The translations under genes were made by a program, and so were the position numbers. Source: Spirochaetia bacterium (GTDB lineage: Bacteria > Spirochaetota > Spirochaetia > UBA9216). From it: a DNA stretch of 64,000 nt. Positions 40,576-48,872 of the stretch are shown here, in pieces. A model generated the notes under the pieces. It saw only the letters and a list, made by a program, of their open reading frames with translations, was not told the origin of the DNA and made no database searches. The stretch covers positions 4,480,001 through 4,544,000 of the forward strand of contig OY776510.1 in NCBI GenBank assembly GCA_963675665.1. Reading direction: 5' to 3'. Within the stretch, counting starts at the first letter, position 1. Each line of letters opens with the position of its first letter.

Positions 40576-40714
40576 ATTTAACGACGATTTGAGTAGCGAA
40601 ACCGGCCGAGTCTTCGAGGATTGGCGCAGTTCTGGAACGCAGCGCGATCAGCGCGGAGTGTCTTTAGCCAGAACTGTGACAAAGGTTTTGACTACTCCAA
40701 ATCTCTTGTTATAC
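40576..40714 (-). repeat. attC site (C4)
   Basis: ATTTAAC...GTTATAC family repeat. Confidence 0.92.
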
Positions 40715-40721
40715 GGATTTT

Positions 40722-41012
40722 CTATACTTTTTCTAATAATTTCCCAGATACATATTTATGCAATATCATTGATACTAGGGTTTGGTATGGTAAACCTTCC
40801 TCCATTGCTTTTATCTTTAAATTCTTTAAATCTCTTTCTGATATTCTTATATTCATTCTTTTATCTTTTTTCATTGTAGCTTCAGCATATTTTTTTGCCT
40901 GGAGCTTGTATTCTTCATTTTCTTCTATCTCTTCCCATTCACCATTTTCAAGTGAAATTATTAAATCGCGTTCTTCTTCATCTATCGGAGTAAATATTTT
41001 TTTCTCTTTCAT
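40722..41012 (-). CDS. CopG/RHH-type antitoxin (C4)
   Basis: KDKRMNIRISERDL...EGLPYQTLVSMILHKY. Confidence 0.85.
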   Translation of the reverse strand: MKEKKIFTPIDEEERDLIISLENGEWEEIEENEEYKLQAKKYAEATMKKDKRMNIRISERDLKNLKIKAMEEGLPYQTLVSMILHKYVSGKLLEKV

Positions 41013-41296
41013 TCCTTTCCTCCATTCTTCAATAATTTCTTAGTATATTCCCTACTCGGGTATATTGTTTTTAGAAATATCTCTTTATCTTCTTTATTTT
41101 CAACAAAAGGCACCACATAAATATAATCATTATAGTTAATTAGATAAATTTTTTGATTTCCATATTTTTCTTCATTTGGATTTTTTAATACCTTTACAAC
41201 CCTTCCTTCAGAAATACACAATATAATTTCTTCAAATGATATATTGCGTTGTTCCTTCAGAATTTCATTCTTTTCATCATTCCAATTATAGGTCAT
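41009..41296 (-). CDS. BrnT-like toxin (C4); start revised to ATG 41296
   Basis: YNWNDEKNEILKEQRNISFEEI...YVVPFV...FLKTIYPSR; the TTG at 41332 is the -35 box. Confidence 0.85.
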   Translation of the reverse strand: MTYNWNDEKNEILKEQRNISFEEIILCISEGRVVKVLKNPNEEKYGNQKIYLINYNDYIYVVPFVENKEDKEIFLKTIYPSREYTKKLLKNGGKE

Positions 41297-41302
41297 GATA
41301 TA

Positions 41303-41332
41303 AAGATAATCCCCCAGTGTGCCTTTTGTCAA
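41303..41332 (-). promoter_or_regulatory. Cassette-borne promoter, predicted leaderless transcript (C4)
   Basis: TTGACA-18-TATCTT, 6 nt to ATG. Confidence 0.55.
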
Positions 41333-41433
41333 TACACTATATTTCTTAAATTTTTACGAAGTCTCGATTTAACCACGATTGAACCCCAAAACCGTGAATC
41401 CTATCAATATTATTTTATCTAATTCTTAATTCC

Positions 41434-41567
41434 GTATAACGACGAAATCAGTAGCGAAACCGGCCGAGGTCTTCCGAGGATTGGCGCGGTTCTGGAATGA
41501 GCGATCAGCGAATGTCTCCGCCAGAACCGTGTCAAAGGTTTTGACTACTGCATTTCTTTTGTTATGT
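41434..41567 (-). repeat. attC site (C3)
   Basis: GTATAAC...GTTATGT family repeat. Confidence 0.92.
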
Positions 41568-41575
41568 AGAGACTT

Positions 41576-42295
41576 CTAATTTTTTATATAATTTTCAATT
41601 ATTTCTTTCATTAAATCGAAGATAGAAACATCCTTTTCAGAAGCGATTTTAATCAAACTTGAATAGTTTTCAATTTCATCGCCTTGCCAGACCAAAGACA
41701 AACGCCTTTCATTTATTAGTGCAATATGCTCATATTCTTTAGGATCTGCCCAATAACACTTTTTACATATTTCTTCATCCTTTTCATTATTCCAATTATG
41801 ACAATGCTCACAAGACCATGATTTCGCTCTATTACATGAAGCACACAATAAAAGGAAATCATTAATATTTTCTACTTCATAATCATCACCAGAAACTTCA
41901 AAAGGCACTTTATGATCGATTTGAAAGTATCTTATTTCAAGATGAGTGTTACAAACAGCACAAGTTCCTTCATATTTTGCAAATAAATCATTTTTTAATT
42001 TTTTAGAAAAGTTCCTTCTACCTTTCTTATTCTTATTATCAATTTTAGATAAATCACCAAATTTATAAGCTGCTATATTCCTGCCATCAGATGATTTTAC
42101 CTTATATGTTTCTAACGGAATTCCTAATTCTCTAACATCTCGTGCAGCGCGCGGGGGATGATTATAACCATATTTTTTTTCTAATTGTTCAGTTGTAATA
42201 AAACCATTTTCAATAATATGGTCAAGAACCACTCTTGCTCTCTTATTTCTAACATTTCTTATAATTTCTTTTAATTCATCAGGAAAATCTTTCAT
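41576..42295 (-). CDS. HNH endonuclease, putative type II restriction enzyme (C3)
   Basis: CAVC...IDHKVP...LLCASCNRAK; directly downstream of MTase. Confidence 0.85.
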   Translation of the reverse strand: MKDFPDELKEIIRNVRNKRARVVLDHIIENGFITTEQLEKKYGYNHPPRAARDVRELGIPLETYKVKSSDGRNIAAYKFGDLSKIDNKNKKGRRNFSKKLKNDLFAKYEGTCAVCNTHLEIRYFQIDHKVPFEVSGDDYEVENINDFLLLCASCNRAKSWSCEHCHNWNNEKDEEICKKCYWADPKEYEHIALINERRLSLVWQGDEIENYSSLIKIASEKDVSIFDLMKEIIENYIKN

Positions 42296-42298
42296 ATC

Positions 42299-43219
42299 TC
42301 ATCCAAATAGCGTCATTTGCTTATTTTCTTTATAAATACTTTTAAAAATAGTATCTTCAATTTCTAATTTATCTATATTAGAGAAAATGTTTTCAGATAA
42401 ATAAATTGATTCATAGGTCATATCAGTGTTATTATTTAGTGTAGCTTGAGATGAACGCCCCACCTCTAATTCTATTCTTTTTAGTTTCAAATGTTCAGGT
42501 AATAATTCTCCATATTTTTTATTACCTAATCTTCCATCATAACTAATAATGTATTTAATATTTTTATCATTTAATATCTCTAAAGATTCTATAAATTCGT
42601 TTCGACCTAATCCATTCATATATCTATTATCTCTTTTATTAGAAACGCCTTCATATGGAGGGTCCATATAAACAAGATCCTTTTCATTTGCTTTAAAAAT
42701 AATATCTCTATAATCGGTACTAAAAATTTCAGTTTTTCCATTCAAAATCGAAGAAGCATTCAATATTTCATTTGCCATTCTCTTTGGATGTTTTCCTTTT
42801 CTTCGATTATCAGGGCTTTGGTTAAATTCGCCTTTTGTATTATATCGTACAGCAGCTTTAACACATCTAGCTAATAAATATAGAAGATATCCAGACTCCT
42901 TTGTCTCATTAAATTTATCTCGAATTAAATTATAATAATTTTTTTCATCACCTAATTGTTCATTCCAGTAATATGAATATTTTTCGATTATATCATTTGG
43001 ATTATTTATTATAGCGCCCCATAAATCCATCAACGGTTTGTTAATATCATTGATTATTACTTTATCAACTTTATTATAATAAAGCGATGCAATACTTATT
43101 GCAGCTGATCCAGCAAATGGCTCTATCAATGAATGTATGTTGTTTGGGTAGTAATCTATTATAGTTTGTGCTAACGCTCTTTTACTACCCTGATATGGTA
43201 TAGGTTGTGGCATCTTCAT
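42299..43219 (-). CDS. Dam/D12-class N6-adenine DNA methyltransferase (C3); start revised to 43219
   Basis: PYQGSK, EPFAGS, IND, YMDPPY. Confidence 0.92.
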   Translation of the reverse strand: MKMPQPIPYQGSKRALAQTIIDYYPNNIHSLIEPFAGSAAISIASLYYNKVDKVIINDINKPLMDLWGAIINNPNDIIEKYSYYWNEQLGDEKNYYNLIRDKFNETKESGYLLYLLARCVKAAVRYNTKGEFNQSPDNRRKGKHPKRMANEILNASSILNGKTEIFSTDYRDIIFKANEKDLVYMDPPYEGVSNKRDNRYMNGLGRNEFIESLEILNDKNIKYIISYDGRLGNKKYGELLPEHLKLKRIELEVGRSSQATLNNNTDMTYESIYLSENIFSNIDKLEIEDTIFKSIYKENKQMTLFG

Positions 43220-43225
43220 AATCTT

Positions 43226-43254
43226 ATTATATCCCATATTTTACTATTTTGCAC
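43226..43254 (-). promoter_or_regulatory. Cassette-borne promoter, predicted leaderless transcript (C3)
   Basis: GTGCAA-17-TATAAT, 6 nt to ATG 43219. Confidence 0.55.
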
Positions 43255-43294
43255 TACACAAATGTTAACCTAATACATTTTCTCCAAGTATTCT

Positions 43295-43433
43295 ACATAA
43301 CGACGAAATAAGTAGCGAAATCGTTCCGCGTCTTCGCGGAATTGGCGCGATTCTGGAGAGAGGGCCATTGCCCGAACGTCTTTAGCCAGAATCGTGACAA
43401 TAGATTTTGACTACTTCATTTCTCTTGTTATCA
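43295..43433 (-). repeat. attC site (C2)
   Basis: ACATAAC...GTTATCA family repeat. Confidence 0.92.
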
Positions 43434-43567
43434 AGAGCTTTTTTCTTAATATTCTTTTCTTCTTTCTTTATCTCTTCTATTTCTTATTTCCCACTTTTTC
43501 GCTTCCACTGGGGTTATTATACTCCTTGTTTCACTTCCATTGGGATTTAAAATTTCTTATTTCTTTC

Positions 43568-44020
43568 TTAATATCTAGAATTCTCTTTTTTCCATTCCAT
43601 TATATATTCTTGTTCTCCAGTATCATTATCAATTGATTCTGATATTATTCTAAAATCTTTTTTCTTATAAAATTCTATGCTTTTTACATTCTTTTTATAT
43701 ACTTTTAATTGTATTCTCTTTCGAATTTCTTTCACATGATTTATTAATTCACTACCAATTCCTAAACCTTGCATATTTGTCCTTATAAAGATTGCCGCAA
43801 GATATTCATCCATCATGGATACAAATCCCAAAAGTGTATTATTATTTTTAGCGATGTAAGTTTCAGACATTGGAATATATTTTTCTTTCATCTGCGATTT
43901 ATTTTCATTCCAATATTCATCCGGAATAAAATCATGTGCTTTTATTGATGACTCATACCAAATTTCAATTATTTCATCTAAATCCTTATCACTTAATTTT
44001 TGCATTCTTATATCTTTCAA
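43568..44020 (-). CDS. GNAT N-acetyltransferase (C2)
   Basis: AHDFIP..YW, LAAIFI...QGLGIGSELI, N..SIEFYKK.DF. Confidence 0.92.
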   Translation of the reverse strand: MKDIRMQKLSDKDLDEIIEIWYESSIKAHDFIPDEYWNENKSQMKEKYIPMSETYIAKNNNTLLGFVSMMDEYLAAIFIRTNMQGLGIGSELINHVKEIRKRIQLKVYKKNVKSIEFYKKKDFRIISESIDNDTGEQEYIMEWKKENSRY

Positions 44021-44198
44021 ATAATTTCCTCATGAAATCTTTTTTATTTACGAAGTCTCTATTCCCCGCCCTAATGCTCGCTCCCACTGGTGTTTTCCTT
44101 TCAGTTTAACTTCCACTAGATTCTTCCGATTCGTTCCCCAAACGTTACTCATTTCCATTACTTTTATTCAATCATTTTTCAACTACAATTCTGGTTCT

Positions 44199-44340
44199 TG
44201 ATAACGACAATTTTAGCTGCCTGGCGGCGCGAGTCTTTCGAGCACATTGGCGTGATTCTGGAGTGGAGCGCGATCAGCGCGAAACGTCTTTAGCCAGAAT
44301 CATGACAATAGCCAGGACTGCTACAAATTTCATGTTTTGT
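44199..44340 (-). repeat. attC site (C1)
   Basis: TGATAAC...GTTTTGT family repeat. Confidence 0.9.
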
Positions 44341-44824
44341 GTAACGGCCCCATACTCACTACTTTCATCTACATTCATAATTATCCTTTTTCTTACTTTG
44401 CCCCTTCTTTACCCAGCGTTCTCGCTGGGTTCATCCCAATTAATCATACAACGATTTCCTCTTTGTAGGTATTTTTATTTTTAAACAATAACTACTGTTC
44501 TGTTTCTTAACATTTTACTTCTTCATTTCCGTAATATTCATTTTAAACATTTGGCCGCTAAAATTTTACGCAGGTTAGCTGTGATTTTTTTGAGAAGCTT
44601 AAAATAGGACATAGATACGAATACGTTTCACGTCGGAGGTTATGGGAAACTATCGAAAACAGGATGATTAACTCCATAAACTTCTTTATTCAACCTGCAA
44701 ATTATTGTTCTATCAAAGAACTAAATCAAATATTTTCTTTTTAATATGTTTTTCACTTATGTGTCATTTTAAACGGGAACCGTATAAAATCTTTATTTTA
44801 GCCTAATTCTCTTTTACACAAAAC
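44334..44824. other. Gene-less cassette, short form, first position (C1)
   Basis: Family homology ends exactly at AAC 44824. Confidence 0.85.
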
Positions 44825-44860
44825 ATATTATATTAAGTTGTTTTACCTATAAAAACTACC
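44818..44860 (-). other. attI site (crossover G/TT at 44824/44823)
   Basis: Cassette homology stops at G|TTTTGT with no attC beyond; minus strand GGTAAAACAACTTAATATAATATG/TT; lies between array and intI. Confidence 0.8.
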
Positions 44861-45040
44861 AGCTTATCCTATCATTCCAGTATATAACACCGATATTTCC
44901 CTTGATAAACGGCTGAGGTAATAAAACTTTACATACTTTTCTATATAACTCAGTATAACTTATCTTATAAGTAGTTTAATCCAGTTTCTTGAGAATTTGA
45001 AATTCTTTTATCTAATCGATAAATTTTTAAATCAGAAAAT

Positions 45041-46318
45041 ATGAACTCAGGTATTAAATATATGATGAAGAATAGAATTGATGATACTGTGATTTTGGAC
45101 CGGTTCAAGACTCATTTAATTAACAACACAGGTATGGAACAAAGATATATTGAACATTATCTTAAATGGATTGCGCTGTATCTGAATGAACAGGTAAAGT
45201 CCACTAAACAGTTAAGTGCAATAGCATTCAGTAATGATTTGGCGCTGAGTAATAAATATGCTGACTAGCAGATAAAACAAGCAAAAACAGCAGTTAATTT
45301 GTTCATTCAGTTCCGAAGTTCAAATTATTCCATTCCCAAACCGATAATAAAAGCCGATGTTTGCTGGGAACAATTAAAAGAACAAAATCGGAGACAACTT
45401 CGATTGATGCACAAGTCACTTCAAACGGAAAAAACATATCAGCGCTGGCTTGTTGATTTTATTACATATACAGAGACGTCTGCTGATTTGATATCAGCAG
45501 ACGATCTAAAGCGTTACCTTACCTATCTCGCGGTTAAAAGAAAGGTTGCGCAAGCTACTCAAAAGCAGGCATTCAATGCTCTTCTTTTCTTTTACCGACA
45601 TATACTTCACATACGTATTGAAAATCTTGATGGAACAATTATGTCAAAACAATCTTCAAGGCTTCCTCTGGTTTTAACCAGGAATGAAGTAAAACGAGTT
45701 CTATACCAGTTGAAGGATCCATATTTACTAATGGCTGAGCTGATATATGGAAGCGGGATACGATTGAATGAATGCCTGAATTTAAGAATTAAAGATCTTG
45801 ATTTTGAACGGGGAAGCTTGTTGATACTATCCGGTAAAGGAAATAAAGACAGACTGACTCTTATGCCGGAAAAAATAAAGACTAGAATTTCAAAACATCT
45901 CAATTGTGTCAAATCTTTGTATGAAGCTGATCGTCAGAATAATATCTCGGGCGTTATGCTTCCTGATGCCCTGTGTAGAAAATATCCGAATGCATCAACA
46001 ACCTGGTCTTGGTTCTGGGTATTTCCTTCTCACAAACTTTCTATAGATCCCTATTCAAATACGGTTCGAAGATTTCATATATATCCGAGTACTTTGCAAA
46101 AGGCTTTTAAGACAGCAGTTTCCTCCTCCGGCATCACCAAAAATGCAAGCATTCATACTTTGCGGCATAGTTTTGCCACCAGCCTGATTGAAGCAGGATA
46201 TGACATAAGGACTATTCAGGAGCTCCTCGGGCATTCGGATCTTAGTACCACAATGATCTATACTCATGTAGCGAATAAAAACAAACTTGGCGTGAAGAGC
46301 CCGTTTGACAGTCTCTGA
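45041..46318 (+). pseudogene. intI: Integron integrase with in-frame TAG at 45266-45268 (catalytic part 45299-46318 intact)
   Basis: YGSGIRLNE, GKGNKDR, integron-specific insertion (LPDALCRKYPNA...WFWVFPS), HTLRHSFAT, LLGHSDLSTTMIYTH; the two ORFs are in the same frame. Confidence 0.92.
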
Positions 46319-46322
46319 TTCT

Positions 46323-46353
46323 TAAAATCCCCTTAACGTATAAGGGGATTTTA
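46323..46353. terminator. Bidirectional intrinsic terminator
   Basis: TAAAATCCCCTTA-acgta-TAAGGGGATTTTA between convergent genes, followed by T-run. Confidence 0.8.
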
Positions 46354-46371
46354 GATTTTTTTTAAGATTAA

Positions 46372-47736
46372 CTATAACTGCTTTATAATCTGTTCAGAAG
46401 CCAGGACAAGACCATTTGCTGCAGGAAAGAATGACTGATAGGGCTGTGAAGAATAACTCAATGCGCTCAAATCTTCAATTGTTGAATCCTTTTGTATTGC
46501 AAATGTGATTAAATCAATCACCGATGTTACCGGTTCGCCGCTGACAATCTGACCGCCTATTATTTTCCCTGTCCGTTTATCAACAATAATTTTTAAATTC
46601 ATCTTTTTGGCTTCAGGCATAATGGGAAACTGGGTAGTTACTTCACTGTATCCTGAAATAACATCATAACCGGCTTTTAATGCAGCAGCCTCACTCAACC
46701 CGGTTCCTCCGACAAAATACCTGCCAACTTTAGTCGCCGCCCCGTTATAGAATCCGGGATATCTTCTGGTTCCTCCAAGAAGATTAAAACCGAGCACTTT
46801 TGCCATCGGTACAGCATTGGTTGCCAGCTTTCCGGGATGTACTCCGCAGGTTATACCGCTTTTAAATTGAGTGCAATCTCCAACTGCATATACATCAGCC
46901 ATTGATGTTTCCATTCTGTCATTTACAATAATGCCGCCGCGGCCCAGTTCAATATCGCTCTTTTCAACCAGTTCAACCTGGGGTTTCATTCCGGCAGCAA
47001 AAATTACTATTCCGTCATGAGTAAAATTTTCAGCGATTGTGCATTCGTCTTTTGCATCAAAATGAATAGTTTTCCCATTATCCAGATTAACATGTTCAAC
47101 CCATTCCTTGCCATCAAGAGAAATAACTTTTGCATTCAGATGCAGTTTAACTCCTTTCTGAATTATTTCCGCTTCTATATCATCGGTCATCTCTTTATCA
47201 ACAAGATTGGGCAGAACCGAGCTTCCCATATCTACCAGATGAACTTCAAGACCTGCATCGGTTAAGGCTTGCGCAAGCTCAATTCCTATTGCTCCGGCAC
47301 CAACTACAACCGCTTTTTTTAAACCTTCGGAAATCATCGTTTTGATTGCTTTAAGATCCGTTTCGGTTTTAAACCCGCTCACACCTTTTAACTCATTTCC
47401 GGGAACCGGCGGGATTACCGGCGTTGCTCCTGTAGCAAGAACAAGTTTTTTATAAGTAAGTTCAGTATTGGTACTGAGCTTTACCGTTTTATTATTAAAA
47501 TCTATTTCAACAACTTCAGCTCTAATCAACTCTGCTCCGCTGCCTGTCACAAGGGTATCTTTTTTAAGGGTTTTTTCAGTATCAATTAACCCTTCAATCA
47601 CATACGGCATTGCACAATAGATCATAGAATAATCTTCCGGTCTTATAACTGCCATCTTCAATTTTCCGCCAAGCATTTTGGCAAGTGTTATACCTGCCGG
47701 ACCGCCGCCGATTACGATTAATTCAAAGTAACTCAT
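46372..47736 (-). CDS. NADH oxidase / CoA-disulfide reductase family flavoprotein
   Basis: GGGPAG, YCAMPY redox Cys, GAGAIGIE, YAVGDC. Confidence 0.9.
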   Translation of the reverse strand: MSYFELIVIGGGPAGITLAKMLGGKLKMAVIRPEDYSMIYCAMPYVIEGLIDTEKTLKKDTLVTGSGAELIRAEVVEIDFNNKTVKLSTNTELTYKKLVLATGATPVIPPVPGNELKGVSGFKTETDLKAIKTMISEGLKKAVVVGAGAIGIELAQALTDAGLEVHLVDMGSSVLPNLVDKEMTDDIEAEIIQKGVKLHLNAKVISLDGKEWVEHVNLDNGKTIHFDAKDECTIAENFTHDGIVIFAAGMKPQVELVEKSDIELGRGGIIVNDRMETSMADVYAVGDCTQFKSGITCGVHPGKLATNAVPMAKVLGFNLLGGTRRYPGFYNGAATKVGRYFVGGTGLSEAAALKAGYDVISGYSEVTTQFPIMPEAKKMNLKIIVDKRTGKIIGGQIVSGEPVTSVIDLITFAIQKDSTIEDLSALSYSSQPYQSFFPAANGLVLASEQIIKQL

Positions 47737-47856
47737 TTAATCTCTCCTTGATATTTTTTCCTGTCACTAATTTATTAAGGGATTTTATGTAAATAAAGGT
47801 AATGCACATATGCTCATAAGTCAAGCTCTATATATAATTATTTTTATATAAAATAT

Positions 47857-47885
47857 TTGACACATTTTGAATAATAACGTATATT
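47857..47885 (+). promoter_or_regulatory. sigma70 promoter for thioredoxin
   Basis: TTGACA-17-TATATT; AGGAG RBS downstream. Confidence 0.65.
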
Positions 47886-47911
47886 AATTTTTATTATATA
47901 GGAGTTTATTT

Positions 47912-48310
47912 ATGTTGGTAGTTGGAATTATTGCTGGTGTTATCATTCTTTTTTTCGGGTTTCAATACCTGACAATACTCAGAATGAAATTAAAAAAGGG
48001 AAAGCCCGCCCCAAACCTTTCCGGCGTGTACGGAAAAGCCGTAAATAACAAAAAAACATCAGTCTTTTATTTTTACAGCCCCCATTGCGGCGCCTGCAAG
48101 GTTATGACTCCGGTTGTCGAACGTTATACTAAAAACAACCCGCGGTGCTTTAAAATTGATATCTCGAAAGACAGTTCTACAGCTTCCGCTTTCGGGATAA
48201 TGGCAACACCGTCTACTGCGGTTATAGAAAACGGAGTGATCAAGGATTTCATCGTCGGCGCAAAACCTCAATCGGACCTGGTTCAGCTTCTGGAGCAGAC
48301 AAGGCTCTGA
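47912..48310 (+). CDS. Membrane-anchored thioredoxin-family protein
   Basis: N-terminal TM, CGAC, cis-Pro ATP motif. Confidence 0.88.
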   Translation: MLVVGIIAGVIILFFGFQYLTILRMKLKKGKPAPNLSGVYGKAVNNKKTSVFYFYSPHCGACKVMTPVVERYTKNNPRCFKIDISKDSSTASAFGIMATPSTAVIENGVIKDFIVGAKPQSDLVQLLEQTRL

Positions 48311-48343
48311 TTATGCAAGGCCTTCAGCTGTAGCCTGCAGATA

Positions 48344-48859
48344 CTATTCTACGAGGAATCCACGTTTACGTAAAAGTTCGATCGCACGATTCAGTTTTCC
48401 ATTGTCCCGTGCGGTAATAGTGTGAAGATGGATTCCTCCGGTCATCTCCGAGAGCAGCACTGCATTACTGCTTTTTACCTGCTCAAGAAAACTGTTTACA
48501 TCGTCCCTGCAGGCAAGATGCAGGTATCCCCGTATTTCTCCGTAAATATCATGTTCAACAATTACATCAAGAACTTCTGCTCCCGAATCAACTATTGTAT
48601 AAAGTTCTTCTTCGGTTTCTTCAGGTTTATGGCAGAGTGCAATTACCGCTTTCGGGCTGTCGGATTCTGTTATATGAAGTCTGTAACCCCTCGGGCCAGC
48701 TTGAATATCTGCTCCCGAAGCTCTTAATACCGCCATATCCTGAACAATAACCTGACGGCTGACATTGTTTTCTGTAGCCAGATCTGATCCTGTTACAGGT
48801 TCTGCACTTTCAATGAGTCTTCTTTTTATCCTGTTTCTTCGTTCCTCTGAACTTACCAT
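48344..48859 (-). CDS. niaR: Niacin-responsive repressor NiaR (HTH + 3H domain)
   Basis: VSRQVIVQD, VEHDIYG, GIHLHT; end of nad operon. Confidence 0.92.
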   Translation of the reverse strand: MVSSEERRNRIKRRLIESAEPVTGSDLATENNVSRQVIVQDMAVLRASGADIQAGPRGYRLHITESDSPKAVIALCHKPEETEEELYTIVDSGAEVLDVIVEHDIYGEIRGYLHLACRDDVNSFLEQVKSSNAVLLSEMTGGIHLHTITARDNGKLNRAIELLRKRGFLVE

Positions 48860-48872
48860 TACGCCTCCCCGT

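Larger units (their letters stand above)
1..46318. mobile_element. Sedentary chromosomal integron: intI + attI + array of at least 29 cassettes (continues beyond left edge)
   Basis: Integron-type tyrosine recombinase divergent from 28 regularly spaced ~140-bp imperfect inverted repeats with AAC...GTT cores; all cargo genes on minus strand. Confidence 0.96.

Noticed and set aside
879-44340. Regularly recurring repeats as a CRISPR array
   Set aside because: Repeats are ~140 bp and separated by gene-sized inserts, with attC anatomy and an intI; no cas genes.
897-44484. Short ORFs overlapping attC sites (e.g. 897-1082, 2604-2813, 13536-13781, 14248-14469, 22637-22852, 44263-44484)
   Set aside because: They arise from the GC-rich attC palindromes, lack RBS, and frames are not conserved between copies.
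44860-45040. Pc/Pint promoters and a LexA box
   Set aside because: Several -10-like hexamers but no convincing -35 pairing, and no CTGT-N8-ACAG; cannot be placed reliably.
45266-45268. TAG recoding (alternative genetic code) explaining the split intI
   Set aside because: TAG terminates ordinary genes in this window (46372, 48873, 52504, 59891).
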